64,000 bases of DNA, from assembly GCA_016190375.1 (NCBI GenBank), contig JACPQR010000020.1, positions 3,665 to 67,664 on the forward strand, written 5' to 3'. Positions 19,428-30,160 of the stretch are shown in pieces. The translations under genes and the position numbers were made by a program. The stretch is from Deltaproteobacteria bacterium (lineage in GTDB: Bacteria; Myxococcota_A; Polyangia; JACPQR01). The notes under the pieces are model-generated. The model had not been told where the DNA came from. It ran no database searches and saw only the letters and a list, made by a program, of their open reading frames with translations. Position 1 is the first letter of the stretch. Each line of letters starts with the position of its first letter.

Positions 19428-19435
19428 GGGCCCCC

Positions 19436-19882
19436 ATGTCGATCCTCCATCTCCTGCTCGGAACCATGTTCGGGTGGCTCCTCAGCCGCAGCGGCGCCGC
19501 CGACTACGACTTCATCCAGCGCATGTTCCTCTTCGAGGACATCCAGCTCTTCGGGATCATCGGCACCGCCATCGCGGTCACCGCCCCCGGGCTCTACCTG
19601 ATCAAGAAGCGCGGGCGCACTCTCCTCGGTCGTCCGATCTCGGTCGCGCCCAAGCCCCGCCACCCCGGCAACCTCCTCGGAGGCATCCTCTTCGGCGCGG
19701 GCTGGTCGATCACCGGGATGTGCCCCGGACCGATCTTCGTCAGCATCGGCGAGGGAAAGATCTACGCGCTCGCCGCCCTTGCGGGCGCACTGGTCGGGGC
19801 GGGCATGTTCGGGGCGCTGTACCCCCGCCTCGCGAGCGCATGCGGCCTGCCGCCGCTTGCGAGCGGGCCCGGAGACGGCTGA
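19436..19882 (+). CDS. YeeE/YedE family (DUF6691-type) partner subunit
   Basis: FGWLLSRSG, GGILFGAGWSITGMCPGP. Confidence 0.88.
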   Translation: MSILHLLLGTMFGWLLSRSGAADYDFIQRMFLFEDIQLFGIIGTAIAVTAPGLYLIKKRGRTLLGRPISVAPKPRHPGNLLGGILFGAGWSITGMCPGPIFVSIGEGKIYALAALAGALVGAGMFGALYPRLASACGLPPLASGPGDG

Positions 19883-20037
19883 GTCTCGGGCGGCCGCGAC
19901 CGAGCGCGCCGGAACGGGCGGTGGGCGAGGTCGGGCGCAACCGTGCACCCGAGTGGCGCCCGCGGACGCGGCTCGTGCGCAGCGTTCCCAGGGGTGGAAG
20001 GCGAGGACGAGGTGCGAGACAATCCGTGCGGTTCAGG

Positions 20038-21726
20038 ATGAGACGCGCCCCTCCCCCGAGCTGTCGCAGCTTCGGCGCCGCGCTGGCGGTGCTCGCGCTG
20101 CTCGTCTTGGGTTGCGGTGCTGAGAAGCTCGGGGCGCATGCCGACGGCGACGGCGATGGCGACGGCGATGGCGACCCGGACGGCGGCTTTCGTCCAGGCG
20201 ACCCGGGGGCCGCGGCCATCCTCTTCACCGACCTCACGAGCGGGCCCGTGACGGGTGGTGAGGACGACCTCGGAGTCTTCGTCACGATCTTCGGAGAGGG
20301 ATTCGGCGCCGAGCGCGGCACCTCGAAGGTCACGATCGGGGGCGTGGAGGTGGCCAGATACGTGATCTGGGGCCAGGACAACGCACCCGCGCGCAACCTG
20401 GACGCGATCGTCGTCCAGCCGGGCCCAGAGGTCGTGTCGGGCGACCTCGTCGTCACCAAAGAGGGGAAGTCGAGCAACCCGCTTCGCTTCACCGTTCGCA
20501 GCGGGACGATCTACTTCGTCGAAGAAGGCGCGCCCAACGCGTCCGACGCGAACCCCGGAACGCGTGCCGAGCCGTTCGCGACGCTGCAACGCCCCGCGTC
20601 GGATCTCGCGGCCGGTGACGTTGTGTTCGTCAAGGGCGGAACGTTCGACGCGTCCGATCCCTGGGCGACGGGCTGGGACTGCATCCTCTGCGTGTTCCCC
20701 GACAACCACCCCGCGGCCACGGCCGACGCTCCCGTCGCCTATGTCGGCTACCCTGGCGAGCCGCCGGTCCTCGGAGCTCCTCAGCCCGTCCGCCGGGCGC
20801 TGCGGGTCGACGGCGCGATGACCGGCTACGTGTTCGCCAACCTGCACTTCACGCACTACGGCGGGATGGTGGAGCTGGCCGGCCGTGGCCACCGCTTCGT
20901 GGGCAACTCCCTGTACGACGGGATCGCCTCCTACGCGATCGGGATCGCCGGGAACACCGAGGAGCTCGAGATCCTCGGCAACCTCCTTCGCGACAACGGT
21001 GAGCCAGGCGACAAGATGAACGGGGTCGGCCTCTACCTTCAGGGATTCGGGATCAACCGGAACATCGACTTCGGGTGGAACCAGATCCAGGACCAGCACG
21101 GCTCGCGCCCGGTCCAGGCCTTCGGCCACCAGGGCGGCGACATCGTCGACGAGGTCCGGATCCACGACAACCTCCTGTCGGGCTCCGAGCTGAACCTCAT
21201 CGTCCTCGGCGGGAGCGACGGCGGCACGAACATCCTCGGCACGATCCTGGTGTACAACAACATCCTCGTCGGCGCAGACGATCCCGGGTTGCGCGTCAAC
21301 GAGCCGGCCGGGACGGTCCTCATCCAGAACAACGTCCTGTACGACAACGGATCACCGGGGCTGAACGGCTCGAGGGCACAGATCTGGCTCGAGCGAACCG
21401 GCCGGATCACTCTGCAGGGCAACATCCTGTACGCCCAGACCGACCAGGATTACTTGCAGCTCGGCGACGTTCCGGTCGACCAGCTCGCCGCCGATCACAA
21501 CCTCGTGTTCAACTCGGGCGCCGACGGCTGCGCCGGCTGGGATCCGAGCTGCATCGACGCGGACCCTCTCTTCGTCGACGTCGCTTCGGGTGATTTCCGC
21601 CTCGACGCCTCGAGCCCGGCCGTCGACTCGGGAGCGGACACCGGGATCGGTCGCGACTACGCCGGCACGTCGCGGCCCCAGGGAGCGGCGTTCGACGTCG
21701 GAGCCTACGAGCGCGTCGCCGAGTGA
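20038..21726 (+). CDS. Secreted lipoprotein with IPT/TIG domain, right-handed beta-helix (pectin-lyase-like) and choice-of-anchor-Q-like C-terminus
   Basis: Lipobox LVLGC, (DG)n linker, VTIFGEGFG, GDVVFVKGG, Asn-ladder repeats, DFRLDASSPAVDSG...RPQGAAFDVGAYE. Confidence 0.78.
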   Translation: MRRAPPPSCRSFGAALAVLALLVLGCGAEKLGAHADGDGDGDGDGDPDGGFRPGDPGAAAILFTDLTSGPVTGGEDDLGVFVTIFGEGFGAERGTSKVTIGGVEVARYVIWGQDNAPARNLDAIVVQPGPEVVSGDLVVTKEGKSSNPLRFTVRSGTIYFVEEGAPNASDANPGTRAEPFATLQRPASDLAAGDVVFVKGGTFDASDPWATGWDCILCVFPDNHPAATADAPVAYVGYPGEPPVLGAPQPVRRALRVDGAMTGYVFANLHFTHYGGMVELAGRGHRFVGNSLYDGIASYAIGIAGNTEELEILGNLLRDNGEPGDKMNGVGLYLQGFGINRNIDFGWNQIQDQHGSRPVQAFGHQGGDIVDEVRIHDNLLSGSELNLIVLGGSDGGTNILGTILVYNNILVGADDPGLRVNEPAGTVLIQNNVLYDNGSPGLNGSRAQIWLERTGRITLQGNILYAQTDQDYLQLGDVPVDQLAADHNLVFNSGADGCAGWDPSCIDADPLFVDVASGDFRLDASSPAVDSGADTGIGRDYAGTSRPQGAAFDVGAYERVAE

Positions 21727-21727
21727 C

Positions 21728-22672
21728 CTATCCCCGCACCTTGTCGAGCGCGCGCGCGAGATCCTCGGGGAGCTTCGACTTGACGCGGATGGGCTTTCTG
21801 GTTCGCGGGTGAACGAACGCGATCGTCTCGGCGTGAAGGAACTGGCGGCCGAGACCCTCGATCGGGGGACCGCCGTACAGCGTGTCGCCCGCGATGGGGT
21901 GACCGACCGCCGCGAGGTGGACGCGGATCTGATGCCTCAGGGCAGGAGCGGCGCGTACCCTGAGGAGCGTGAGCTCGCCGTATCTCGAGAGGACTTCGTA
22001 GCGCGTCTCCGCCATTCGCGCCTCGGGGCGACGCCGCCGGCGTTCCTCGGGAACGACCTCGACCCGCTTTCGGTCCTTCCGGTGCGGCGCGATGGCGAGG
22101 AGGATACGACCGGAGCTGGCGATGTCGCCGCCCACGAGCGCGCGGTACTCCTTGCGGATGTCACCCGCGCGGAGCGCGTCCCGGAGCGCCGTCCACGCCG
22201 CCTGCGACCTGGCGCACAGGAGGAGCCCGCTCGTGTCGGTATCGAGGCGATGCACGAGGCCCGGCTCTCGTCCCGAGTAGCCGACGCCGGCCATCTCCGG
22301 GTAGCGCGCGACGAGGGCGTTCGCAACGGTGCCCGTCTCGTCGGGCCCGAGCGGATGAGCCGGTACCCCCGCGAGCTTGTCGACGACGACGACGTCGGCG
22401 TCCTCGTGGACGATCCTGAGCGGCATCGCGGCATCCGGCGCCGGCGACCACTCCGCCTCGGGAAGACCGCCTCGGACGGTGACCTCGTCGCCCGGCGAGA
22501 CGGGGTCGGCCTTGCGCGCCTTCTTGCCGTTCACGACGACCCTGCCGGACTCGATGAGGCGCATCGACGCCGCCCGGGAGAGCGACGGGACCCTGCCCGC
22601 CAACCAGCGATCCAGCCGGCCACCCTCGTCGGGACCGACGACGGCGGACCAGCCTTCCGGCGCCTCGCTCAC
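21728..22672 (-). CDS. rluD: RluA-family pseudouridine synthase with S4 domain (RluD-like)
   Basis: RLDRWLA S4 domain, VVDKLAG, HRLDTDTSG catalytic motif, HQIRVHLAAVGHPIAGDTLYG. Confidence 0.9.
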   Translation of the reverse strand: MSEAPEGWSAVVGPDEGGRLDRWLAGRVPSLSRAASMRLIESGRVVVNGKKARKADPVSPGDEVTVRGGLPEAEWSPAPDAAMPLRIVHEDADVVVVDKLAGVPAHPLGPDETGTVANALVARYPEMAGVGYSGREPGLVHRLDTDTSGLLLCARSQAAWTALRDALRAGDIRKEYRALVGGDIASSGRILLAIAPHRKDRKRVEVVPEERRRRRPEARMAETRYEVLSRYGELTLLRVRAAPALRHQIRVHLAAVGHPIAGDTLYGGPPIEGLGRQFLHAETIAFVHPRTRKPIRVKSKLPEDLARALDKVRG

Positions 22673-23733
22673 TGGCCGCCCGAGGCGCGCCGGAAACGCT
22701 CGATCTGCGTGCCGTAGTAGGGCGCGGCAGGATCGATCACGTGGGCGCGCTCCTCCGCTCGAACGGCCTCGGCGGGCCTGCCGCGCTCCGCGACGATCTC
22801 GGCGAACGTGTCCCACAGGGAAGCATCCTGCGGGTTCTTCACCAGTCCCACTCGCGCGAACCCCTCGGCACGCTCGAGGAGCCAGCGCTCCCGATAGAGG
22901 AAGAACGCGACCGTGTTGTAGCGGTCCGAGTCGTCCGGGCCGCGTCCAATGTGGCGCTCGAGCTCGGCCAGCGCAGCGGCGTCGCGCCCGAGCCTGTGGC
23001 GAGCCTTGGCCAGATCGATGGCGAAGGCGCCGCCTCTGACCTCCTCGGACTCTGGATACCGCGCCCTCAGATCCTCGAACGCCCTGATCGCGCCGAGCCA
23101 GTCCTCGTTGCCCCTCAGGTAGTGGTAGCGGGCGACGTGAAACAGCACCTTGGACGCAAGCCCCCGGCCATTGTCCCGGTCCGCGCCGACCACCCGGTCG
23201 ACCAGCGGGCGCGCCGTCGTCCAGTCGCCACGCACCACCGACCGCGTCGCGACTTCGGTCGCCAGCGCGAGGTCGTCGGGATGCTCCGCCAGCTCGGCGA
23301 GCTTCGTCGCCAGCGTGCCGACGCCCTCACGGTATCCCCGGAGCACCCTCGCGAGCTCCGGGCCGTCGGCGAAGCCGAAGACGCGATCGACCTCGGTCCC
23401 GTCGGGCCTGAGCACGAGGATCGTCGGGAACCCGACGACGTGGTAGCGGCGCATGACCTCCGGGCCCTCGCCGCGCTCGCCGTCGATCCTGAGCGCCAGG
23501 AAGTGCGCGTCCGTCTCGCGGGCGACGTCCGCGTGAACGAACGACTCCTCTTCGAGCTTCTGGCACGGGCCGCACCAGGTCGCGAAGACGTCGACCATGA
23601 CCAGGCGATCCTCGGTGGCGGCGCGGCGGAGCAGCTCGTCGAGGCGTCCGGACTGGAAATGGACGGCCGCCTCGGAAACACCGGGGACGACGAGCGTCGC
23701 CCACAGGGCCCACGTGATAGACTGCACCGACAT
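22669..23733 (-). CDS. Secreted thioredoxin-family protein with TPR region
   Basis: Signal-like N-terminus, DVFATWCGPC, VGFPTILV, helical TPR-like C-terminus. Confidence 0.85.
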   Translation of the reverse strand: MSVQSITWALWATLVVPGVSEAAVHFQSGRLDELLRRAATEDRLVMVDVFATWCGPCQKLEEESFVHADVARETDAHFLALRIDGERGEGPEVMRRYHVVGFPTILVLRPDGTEVDRVFGFADGPELARVLRGYREGVGTLATKLAELAEHPDDLALATEVATRSVVRGDWTTARPLVDRVVGADRDNGRGLASKVLFHVARYHYLRGNEDWLGAIRAFEDLRARYPESEEVRGGAFAIDLAKARHRLGRDAAALAELERHIGRGPDDSDRYNTVAFFLYRERWLLERAEGFARVGLVKNPQDASLWDTFAEIVAERGRPAEAVRAEERAHVIDPAAPYYGTQIERFRRASGGQ

Positions 23734-24826
23734 GCCGCGCACCCTGCCCATCTCGTTCGTGGAGAAGCTACCAAAGACGGATCTGCACGTCCATCTGGAC
23801 GGGTCGCTACGGCTCGAGACGATCCTCGATCTCGCCGAGAAGGACCGCATCCAGCTCCCGGCGAACGATCTCGACAAGCTGCGCGAGTCGATGCACATCG
23901 GCAAGGTGTGCTCGAGCCTCGTCGACTACCTCAAGGCGTTCGACGTGACGTTGAGGGTCATGCAGACCGAGGACGCCCTCTACCGGACTGCCTACGAGCT
24001 CGCCGAGGACGCCGCCCGCGAGAACGTCCGGTACATGGAGGTCCGCTACTCGCCGATCCTCCACACAGCGAAGGGCCTGCGGCTCACGACGGTCGTCGAG
24101 TCGGTGAACCAGGGGCTGAGGCAGGCCGAGCGCGACTTCGGGATCGAGAGCGGCATCATCATATGCGGCATCCGGAACATCTCCCCGCAGTCGAGCCTCG
24201 AGATGGCCGAGCTGGCCGTGGCCTACAAGAACCGGGGCGTCGTCGGCTTCGACCTCGCGGGTGCGGAGTACGATTACCCTGCCAAGCACCACCGCGACGC
24301 CTTCCAGCTCATCCTCAACAACAACATCAACTGCACGGCGCACGCGGGCGAGGCCTACGGCCCGGCGTCGATCGCCCAGGCGATCCACTTCTGCGGCGCC
24401 CACCGGATCGGCCACGGCGTCCGGCTTCGCGAGGACGGGGGCCTCCTGAACTACGTCGCCGACCATCGCATCCCCCTCGAGTGCTGCCCCTCGTCGAACG
24501 TGCAGACCGGCGCCGTGCGCGACGTCGCCGCCCACCCGATCAAGTTCCTGTTCGACTTCGGGTGCCGCGTGACCATCAACACGGATAACCGTCTCATCAC
24601 CGACACCACCGTCTCCAAGGAGATGTGGCTCGTTCACAAGCACCTCGGCTTCGGCCTCGGGGACCTCAAGCAGATCATCGTGTCCGGCTTCAAGAGCGCT
24701 TTCATGCCCTTCCACCTGAAGCAGGACACTCTGCGGCGGATCACGAAGGAGCTCGAGACGATCGTCGAGCCCGTCGACGAGCCGGAGCCCGTGGCGCCGA
24801 GCCCGCAGAAGACGGATCAGAACTGA
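23732..24826 (+). CDS. add: Adenosine deaminase
   Basis: LPKTDLHVHLDGS, EVRYSP, GFDLAGAE, TAHAGE, RIGHG, CPSSN, INTDN. Confidence 0.95.
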   Translation: MPRTLPISFVEKLPKTDLHVHLDGSLRLETILDLAEKDRIQLPANDLDKLRESMHIGKVCSSLVDYLKAFDVTLRVMQTEDALYRTAYELAEDAARENVRYMEVRYSPILHTAKGLRLTTVVESVNQGLRQAERDFGIESGIIICGIRNISPQSSLEMAELAVAYKNRGVVGFDLAGAEYDYPAKHHRDAFQLILNNNINCTAHAGEAYGPASIAQAIHFCGAHRIGHGVRLREDGGLLNYVADHRIPLECCPSSNVQTGAVRDVAAHPIKFLFDFGCRVTINTDNRLITDTTVSKEMWLVHKHLGFGLGDLKQIIVSGFKSAFMPFHLKQDTLRRITKELETIVEPVDEPEPVAPSPQKTDQN

Positions 24827-25318
24827 TCAGTCGATCGAGGGGAAGCAGCGGCGCTCGCCCTCGTCGAAGCTCAGGCACGTCGAGGGCACCGGGCAGGAGC
24901 CGCAGTCGCCGTCCGAGGCGCACTGACCGAGGCAGGCCGGCGTCTCGTCGTCACCATCGACCACGTCGACGGTGAAGGCAACCTCGTCGAGGACCACGTC
25001 GCCATCGCCGTCCGGCGTCAACGCGACCGCGAGCAAGTGCCCGCCCGTGGGAAGGCCCTCACGCCGCACCGAGATCGAGCCCAAGGACCCGGCCCTGTAC
25101 TCGACGGGCTCGGTCAGCGCACCCATCGAGTCCGGGTCGCCCAGGGCCGCCGCGACCGTCCCGTCCCGCGTCCCGACGAACAGAAGCCCGATCTCGGTCG
25201 TCGCGGCATCGACGATTCGATCCTCGGGCTCCGTCGCGAGGACGCGCACCGAAGGTGCGACCGGGCTGGCCTCGCAGCCCCAGATGAGCAACGCCCCGAA
25301 CATCGCGACCCGACACAT
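24827..25318 (-). CDS. Hypothetical lipoprotein with C-terminal Cys cluster
   Basis: LLIWGC lipobox; [20 protein letters not shown]...C. Confidence 0.6.
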   Translation of the reverse strand: MCRVAMFGALLIWGCEASPVAPSVRVLATEPEDRIVDAATTEIGLLFVGTRDGTVAAALGDPDSMGALTEPVEYRAGSLGSISVRREGLPTGGHLLAVALTPDGDGDVVLDEVAFTVDVVDGDDETPACLGQCASDGDCGSCPVPSTCLSFDEGERRCFPSID

Positions 25319-25429
25319 CTGTCCGCCGCGAGCTGGCAAGCCTCGTGCCGGCGAACAACGCTCGTGGAATCGGGAACGGCTGACGCGGCCGGGTTGTCAG
25401 GGCGCAACCGGCAGGGGTATCTTCCGGAC

Positions 25430-26131
25430 ATGGTGCCCTCGTACCGGATGGCCTTGCTATGCGCGCTCGCGGCTTGCGGGACCCGAACCTCTCCCTTCTA
25501 CGACGCCAAGGCGTTCAGCCCCGACGCCGACGCCGATGCCGACACGGACGCCGACGCCGATGCCGACACGGACGCCGACACGGACGTCGACGCCGACGCC
25601 GACACGGACGCCGACACGGACGTCGACGCCGACGCCGACACGGACGCCGACGCCGACGCCGACACGGACACGGACGCGGACGCGGACGGCGACGCCGACG
25701 GGCCGACGTGCGAGGGCATGTGCGAACGGGCTGACGATTGCGGGATCCTGGACGGCGGGGAAACCGTCGCGGAGTGCCTGGGCAATTGTGAGGACCTCCG
25801 CGCGGGGTGGAACCCGGAGGCTTGGTCGGTCCTGGGGAGCTGCTTCGAGGGGCGGTGCCGCGAGATCGAGGAGTGCTGGGAGGACGGGCTCGAGGAGCTC
25901 CCGGCGCAGGAGTACCACGTGGCGCTCTGCGAGACGTTCTGCGATCGCGCCGAGGACTGCGACGAGGCCGAGCCGGACTGCGTCGAGGAGTGCCTCGAGA
26001 ACGACGAACCTGCAATCCGCGTGCTGTCGCAGGACGTGGTGGAGGAGCTGCTCGCCTGCGCCGAGCTGCGCTGTCGCGAGATCGAGGAGTGCGTCGACGA
26101 GGTCCTGCAAGACCACGGTATGGGCAGCTGA
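25430..26131 (+). CDS. Lipoprotein with (D-X)30 acidic linker and Cys-rich helical repeats
   Basis: ALAAC lipobox; DA/DT repeat 25523-25702; two CxxxCxxxxxC...CxxxC units. Confidence 0.75.
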   Translation: MVPSYRMALLCALAACGTRTSPFYDAKAFSPDADADADTDADADADTDADTDVDADADTDADTDVDADADTDADADADTDTDADADGDADGPTCEGMCERADDCGILDGGETVAECLGNCEDLRAGWNPEAWSVLGSCFEGRCREIEECWEDGLEELPAQEYHVALCETFCDRAEDCDEAEPDCVEECLENDEPAIRVLSQDVVEELLACAELRCREIEECVDEVLQDHGMGS

Positions 26132-26137
26132 CCGCTC

Positions 26138-27541
26138 TTGGGGGGGCTCGAAATAAGAGTAGGATCAGCGCTCTTGGGTCGCTCGTTCCTGCTGCTCGCC
26201 ACGCTGTCGTGCGCTCGATGCGCTCCAGGTGGCGACGACTCCTATTCCGACACCGACGCCGGGTCCCAGGGCGCCGACTCGGGACAGGAGCTTGCCGCGC
26301 GGTTCGAGGCCTGTGTGGGCGGAGGATGCGAGGTGGGCCTGAGCTGCTTCACCCCCACGGGTCGCTCCGGGGGCACCTGCACGACCATCTGCGCGTCCGA
26401 CGCCGACTGCCCCGAGTCCGTCTGCGCCGAGACCGATCCGCGACTCTGTGCCCAAAGCTGTGCCGCCGATCCCTCGGACTGCGACGAGGGCACCGAGTGC
26501 GGCGACGTCGAGGGGCGTCCGGTATGCCTCGGCCCGGTGCTTCCAGAACGCCACTGCTTCGAAGGCGGCGCCAAGCTCGATCTGCTCTTCATGGTCGACG
26601 ACTCGAACTCGATGGCGCAGGAGCAGGCGAACCTGGCCTCGAACTTCTCGAGGCTCATCGACGCCCTCGTCGACCCGCCCGATCGAAACGGCGACGGCTG
26701 GCCCGACTGGGAGGCTCTGGAGGACGTGCACGTGGGCGTCGTGAGCTCGGACCTGGGCACGGGCGGCTACGTCATCCGAACCTGTGACGATCCAGTCGAC
26801 GGCGACGGCGGCGAGCTGCTCCACGCAGGAAACACCCGGATGGAGAACTGCGCCGAGGACTACCCGACCTACCTCGAGGGGCCGAGCGGCCGCCTCGCCT
26901 CGGACTTCGGCTGCATCGCTACCCTGGGCACCGGAGGCTGCGGCTTCGAGCAGCAGCTCGAGTCCGTCCGCCGCGCGCTCGTGGATCGAGGGCAGGACGC
27001 CAACGCGGGATTCCTCAGGCCGGACTCCGCCGTCGCCATCGTGCTCGTCACCGACGAGGACGACTGCAGCGCGTCGGATCCCTCGATCTTCGACCCCGAC
27101 GACGACGACCTCGGGGTCATGAACCTGCGCTGCTTCCGCCATCCCGAGATGATCACGCCCGTCCGCGCGTTCGTGGACGCCTTCCTGGGGCTGCGCGAGA
27201 CCCCCGACAGGCTGACGGTCGCCGCGATCACGGGCGTCCCGCCGGAGCTGCTCGCCACCTACGGCGGGATCTTCGAGGCGCAGGACTTCGACGAGATCCT
27301 CGCCGCGGACGAGATGCAGTTCGTGGTCGACGTGGACGGCGAGCACCTCGTCCGCAGCTGCGACGTGCAGGGGCTCGGCGAGGCCGTCCCTCCGAGGCGG
27401 ATCGTCGAGGTGCTTCGCGACGTCGCCGCCGAGGCGCCCGGCTCGGCCTATCTCGCCAGCATCTGCACGTCCGACTGGACCGACACCGTCGAGGGGCTGG
27501 CGGCGTCGATCGGCCGTTCTCTCTGCGACCCGATCGAATGA
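26138..27541 (+). CDS. Myxobacterial-type lipoprotein with Cys-rich region and vWA-like domain
   Basis: LATLSC; [18 protein letters not shown] (MIDAS-like), [30 protein letters not shown]. Confidence 0.8.
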   Translation: MGGLEIRVGSALLGRSFLLLATLSCARCAPGGDDSYSDTDAGSQGADSGQELAARFEACVGGGCEVGLSCFTPTGRSGGTCTTICASDADCPESVCAETDPRLCAQSCAADPSDCDEGTECGDVEGRPVCLGPVLPERHCFEGGAKLDLLFMVDDSNSMAQEQANLASNFSRLIDALVDPPDRNGDGWPDWEALEDVHVGVVSSDLGTGGYVIRTCDDPVDGDGGELLHAGNTRMENCAEDYPTYLEGPSGRLASDFGCIATLGTGGCGFEQQLESVRRALVDRGQDANAGFLRPDSAVAIVLVTDEDDCSASDPSIFDPDDDDLGVMNLRCFRHPEMITPVRAFVDAFLGLRETPDRLTVAAITGVPPELLATYGGIFEAQDFDEILAADEMQFVVDVDGEHLVRSCDVQGLGEAVPPRRIVEVLRDVAAEAPGSAYLASICTSDWTDTVEGLAASIGRSLCDPIE

Positions 27542-27544
27542 CCG

Positions 27545-30160
27545 ATGCGCTTCGGTCCCTACGAGCTCGAAGAACGGCTGGCGGTCGGAGGGATGGCAGA
27601 GGTCTTCCTCGCCGTGCGGGCGGGCGCCGAGGGGTTCCGCCGCAGGATCGTGCTCAAGCGCATCCTGCCGCAGTTCGCCGAGGACGCCGACTTCCAGACG
27701 CTCTTCGCCGACGAGGCGCGGCTCGGCGGGCTGCTTCACCACCCGAACATCGTGCAGATGTTCGACTACGACCGCGTGGACGGCGTGGCCTACCTGGCGA
27801 TGGAGTATGTGGCCGGGCGCGACCTCGGCTACGTGCTCAAGCACGGACCGAGGATGCCGCTACAGGCCGCGCTCTTCGTCGTGCTCGAGGTGCTCGAGGG
27901 CCTCGGCTACGCGCACGACCTCACCGACGGCGGCCGGCCGCTCCACATCGTCCACCGCGACATCTCTCCCGCCAACATCCTCTTGTCGTACGCGGGTGAG
28001 GTTAAGATCGCCGACCTCGGAGTCGCCCGCGCCGACACCGCGGCGCACCAGACGACCGCCGGCGCGCTCAAGGGCAAGATCCCGTACCTGTCGCCCGAGC
28101 AGGTGGCGGCTCAGCCCGCGGACGCCCGCAGCGACCTGTTCTCGCTCTCGGTGGTCCTCTACCAGATGTTGACTGGCTCTCGTCCCTTCGACGCCACGAG
28201 CGAGATGGAGGTCCTGCAGAGGATCGCCTTCGGCGACTTCTTGGCTCCGACCAGGATCGCCCCCGACCTGCCGTCCGTCCTCGAGCCGGTGATCATGAAG
28301 GGCCTCGCCACCGATCGCGCCAAGCGCTTCCAGACCGCGGCCGAGCTCGGCGCGGCGCTTCGGGCGGCCGCCGCGAGCGTCGGGCTCGCGCCTTCCGCCG
28401 ACGCCCTGCGCGAGCACCTGTCGGCGCACTTCACGGGCCGCGCGACCGTGCGCACCGCGGCGCAGAGCTCACGCTCCGGGGTTTCGGACGATGCCCCGAC
28501 GATCGACGCGGCACACGCCTCGTTCGTGCCCGTCCCCGATGCCGCCACCGGCTACGACGGCCCGACCGTACCGGACCGCAAGATCCAGGGTTCGACGCCC
28601 CGTCCCGAGGTGCCTCGCGCGCCGGACCCGGGGACGCGGCAGACGTCGAGAGCGTCCAGGCGCTCGTCCTCCGTCGCGTTGATCGTGGCCGGAGCGCTGG
28701 CGGTCCTCGGGGCGGCGCTCGCCCTCTTGGCGGGCCTCCCCGATTGGCTCGCCGGCGGCGCAGGCGAGCCGGCGGCGCATCGTGCAGCGCCGCCGTGGGT
28801 CATCGTCTGGCGCATGACCGACCAGCAGGAGGGGTGGGCGCTCAGGCACCTCGTCAGGCCCTTCATCGATCTCCGGCATGAGCGAATCCGTCTCGTTCGC
28901 TTCCGCGACGTCGGCGACCTTCCGCGCGCGCTGCGCGACGCCGGGCCGACCGATCTCGTCAAGGTCCCCTTGCCGGTGGCTCGCGCGCTGGTCGACTCGG
29001 GGCTCGTGCGATCGATCACGCGGCTCGTGGACGACCTCGATCTCGAGGGCGGTCTGTCGGCCGTCACCTCCGGCTTCGAGCCACGGGCGATCCGTCTGTG
29101 CGAGTACCCGACGATCGTCGGTCGCGAGCTCTTCTTCCTCCCGCGCAAGGAGGAGGTGCGCGTCCTCGTCTACAGACGAGAGGCGGTCAGGGCAGCCGTC
29201 GCCGCTTTCCCCGCTCTCCGAGCGAGCCTCGAGGCGGACCTCGTCCGACTGCACGGACAGGGGCTACCCGATGGGTTCGTGCTCGAGGACGACCCCGAAG
29301 AGTGGGACTGGTACGACCTCTTGGCGGTCGCCTACGCGATGGCCCGGACGCCCGACGACCGAGGCAGGACGATGCCGCGCGTCGCGCGAAGGGTCCACCC
29401 CTACTGGGGCACCGTGGGCACCACGCTAGACATGCTGCGCGCCCTCGGACAGGCCGACCCGGCGATCGAGCCATCGCAACAGATGATCGACTTCGTGGCC
29501 TGGGAGGCCGCCTATCGCGAGCTCGGTCTGTACCACTCATCGATGTACCGCGACGAGGAGGTCCTGTCGGGTCGTGGCCTGTACGAGGCGATGCAGCGAG
29601 GTGACGTCCACCTGACGACCACCCACTCCCTCGGAGTCAGGCTCCTCGTGGGAAGCCCCGACGCGGCCCTCGTCGGCTATGTCCCGGACGGCGAGACCAG
29701 CCTCGGCCTGTCCACGCTGCCGCGTGGCGTGTCCTTCGCGCTCGACTCCTCCGGCAAGCCACTCCGGCTGGGCCGCAGAGGCGGACTGGTGGACGGCTGG
29801 CTCTGGGGGATCCCCGCCTCGGCCCCCGACCCCGTGCGCTCTCTCGCGCTCCTTCGACACCTGACCTCACGCGAGTCCGCTATTCGCGAGACGCGTGCGT
29901 TCTATCTGCAGCCGGTTCGCACCGACGTCGCGTTGGACGGCGACCCGCTCGCCTTGCGCCTCGCGGCGGTGATCGCGGCCCAGATGCAACAGGACGAGGG
30001 AGCGCTCGTCCCGCGTCCCGCGGACCCCGCCGAGCTCGATCGAATGCGCGACCGCGCCGTGGCGGTGTGGCGCGAGCTGATCGTGGCCGGCGCCCACGGC
30101 GATTCGGGCCGGATCGACGAGGGCACGATTGCGAACGAGCTCCGCGCGATCCTGCGCTAG
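27545..30160 (+). CDS. Transmembrane Ser/Thr protein kinase with extracytoplasmic solute-binding-protein-like domain
   Basis: AVGGMAEV, HRDISPAN, DLG, YLSPEQ; TM ALIVAGALAVLGAALALLAGL; SBP-like C-terminus. Confidence 0.88.
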   Translation: MRFGPYELEERLAVGGMAEVFLAVRAGAEGFRRRIVLKRILPQFAEDADFQTLFADEARLGGLLHHPNIVQMFDYDRVDGVAYLAMEYVAGRDLGYVLKHGPRMPLQAALFVVLEVLEGLGYAHDLTDGGRPLHIVHRDISPANILLSYAGEVKIADLGVARADTAAHQTTAGALKGKIPYLSPEQVAAQPADARSDLFSLSVVLYQMLTGSRPFDATSEMEVLQRIAFGDFLAPTRIAPDLPSVLEPVIMKGLATDRAKRFQTAAELGAALRAAAASVGLAPSADALREHLSAHFTGRATVRTAAQSSRSGVSDDAPTIDAAHASFVPVPDAATGYDGPTVPDRKIQGSTPRPEVPRAPDPGTRQTSRASRRSSSVALIVAGALAVLGAALALLAGLPDWLAGGAGEPAAHRAAPPWVIVWRMTDQQEGWALRHLVRPFIDLRHERIRLVRFRDVGDLPRALRDAGPTDLVKVPLPVARALVDSGLVRSITRLVDDLDLEGGLSAVTSGFEPRAIRLCEYPTIVGRELFFLPRKEEVRVLVYRREAVRAAVAAFPALRASLEADLVRLHGQGLPDGFVLEDDPEEWDWYDLLAVAYAMARTPDDRGRTMPRVARRVHPYWGTVGTTLDMLRALGQADPAIEPSQQMIDFVAWEAAYRELGLYHSSMYRDEEVLSGRGLYEAMQRGDVHLTTTHSLGVRLLVGSPDAALVGYVPDGETSLGLSTLPRGVSFALDSSGKPLRLGRRGGLVDGWLWGIPASAPDPVRSLALLRHLTSRESAIRETRAFYLQPVRTDVALDGDPLALRLAAVIAAQMQQDEGALVPRPADPAELDRMRDRAVAVWRELIVAGAHGDSGRIDEGTIANELRAILR

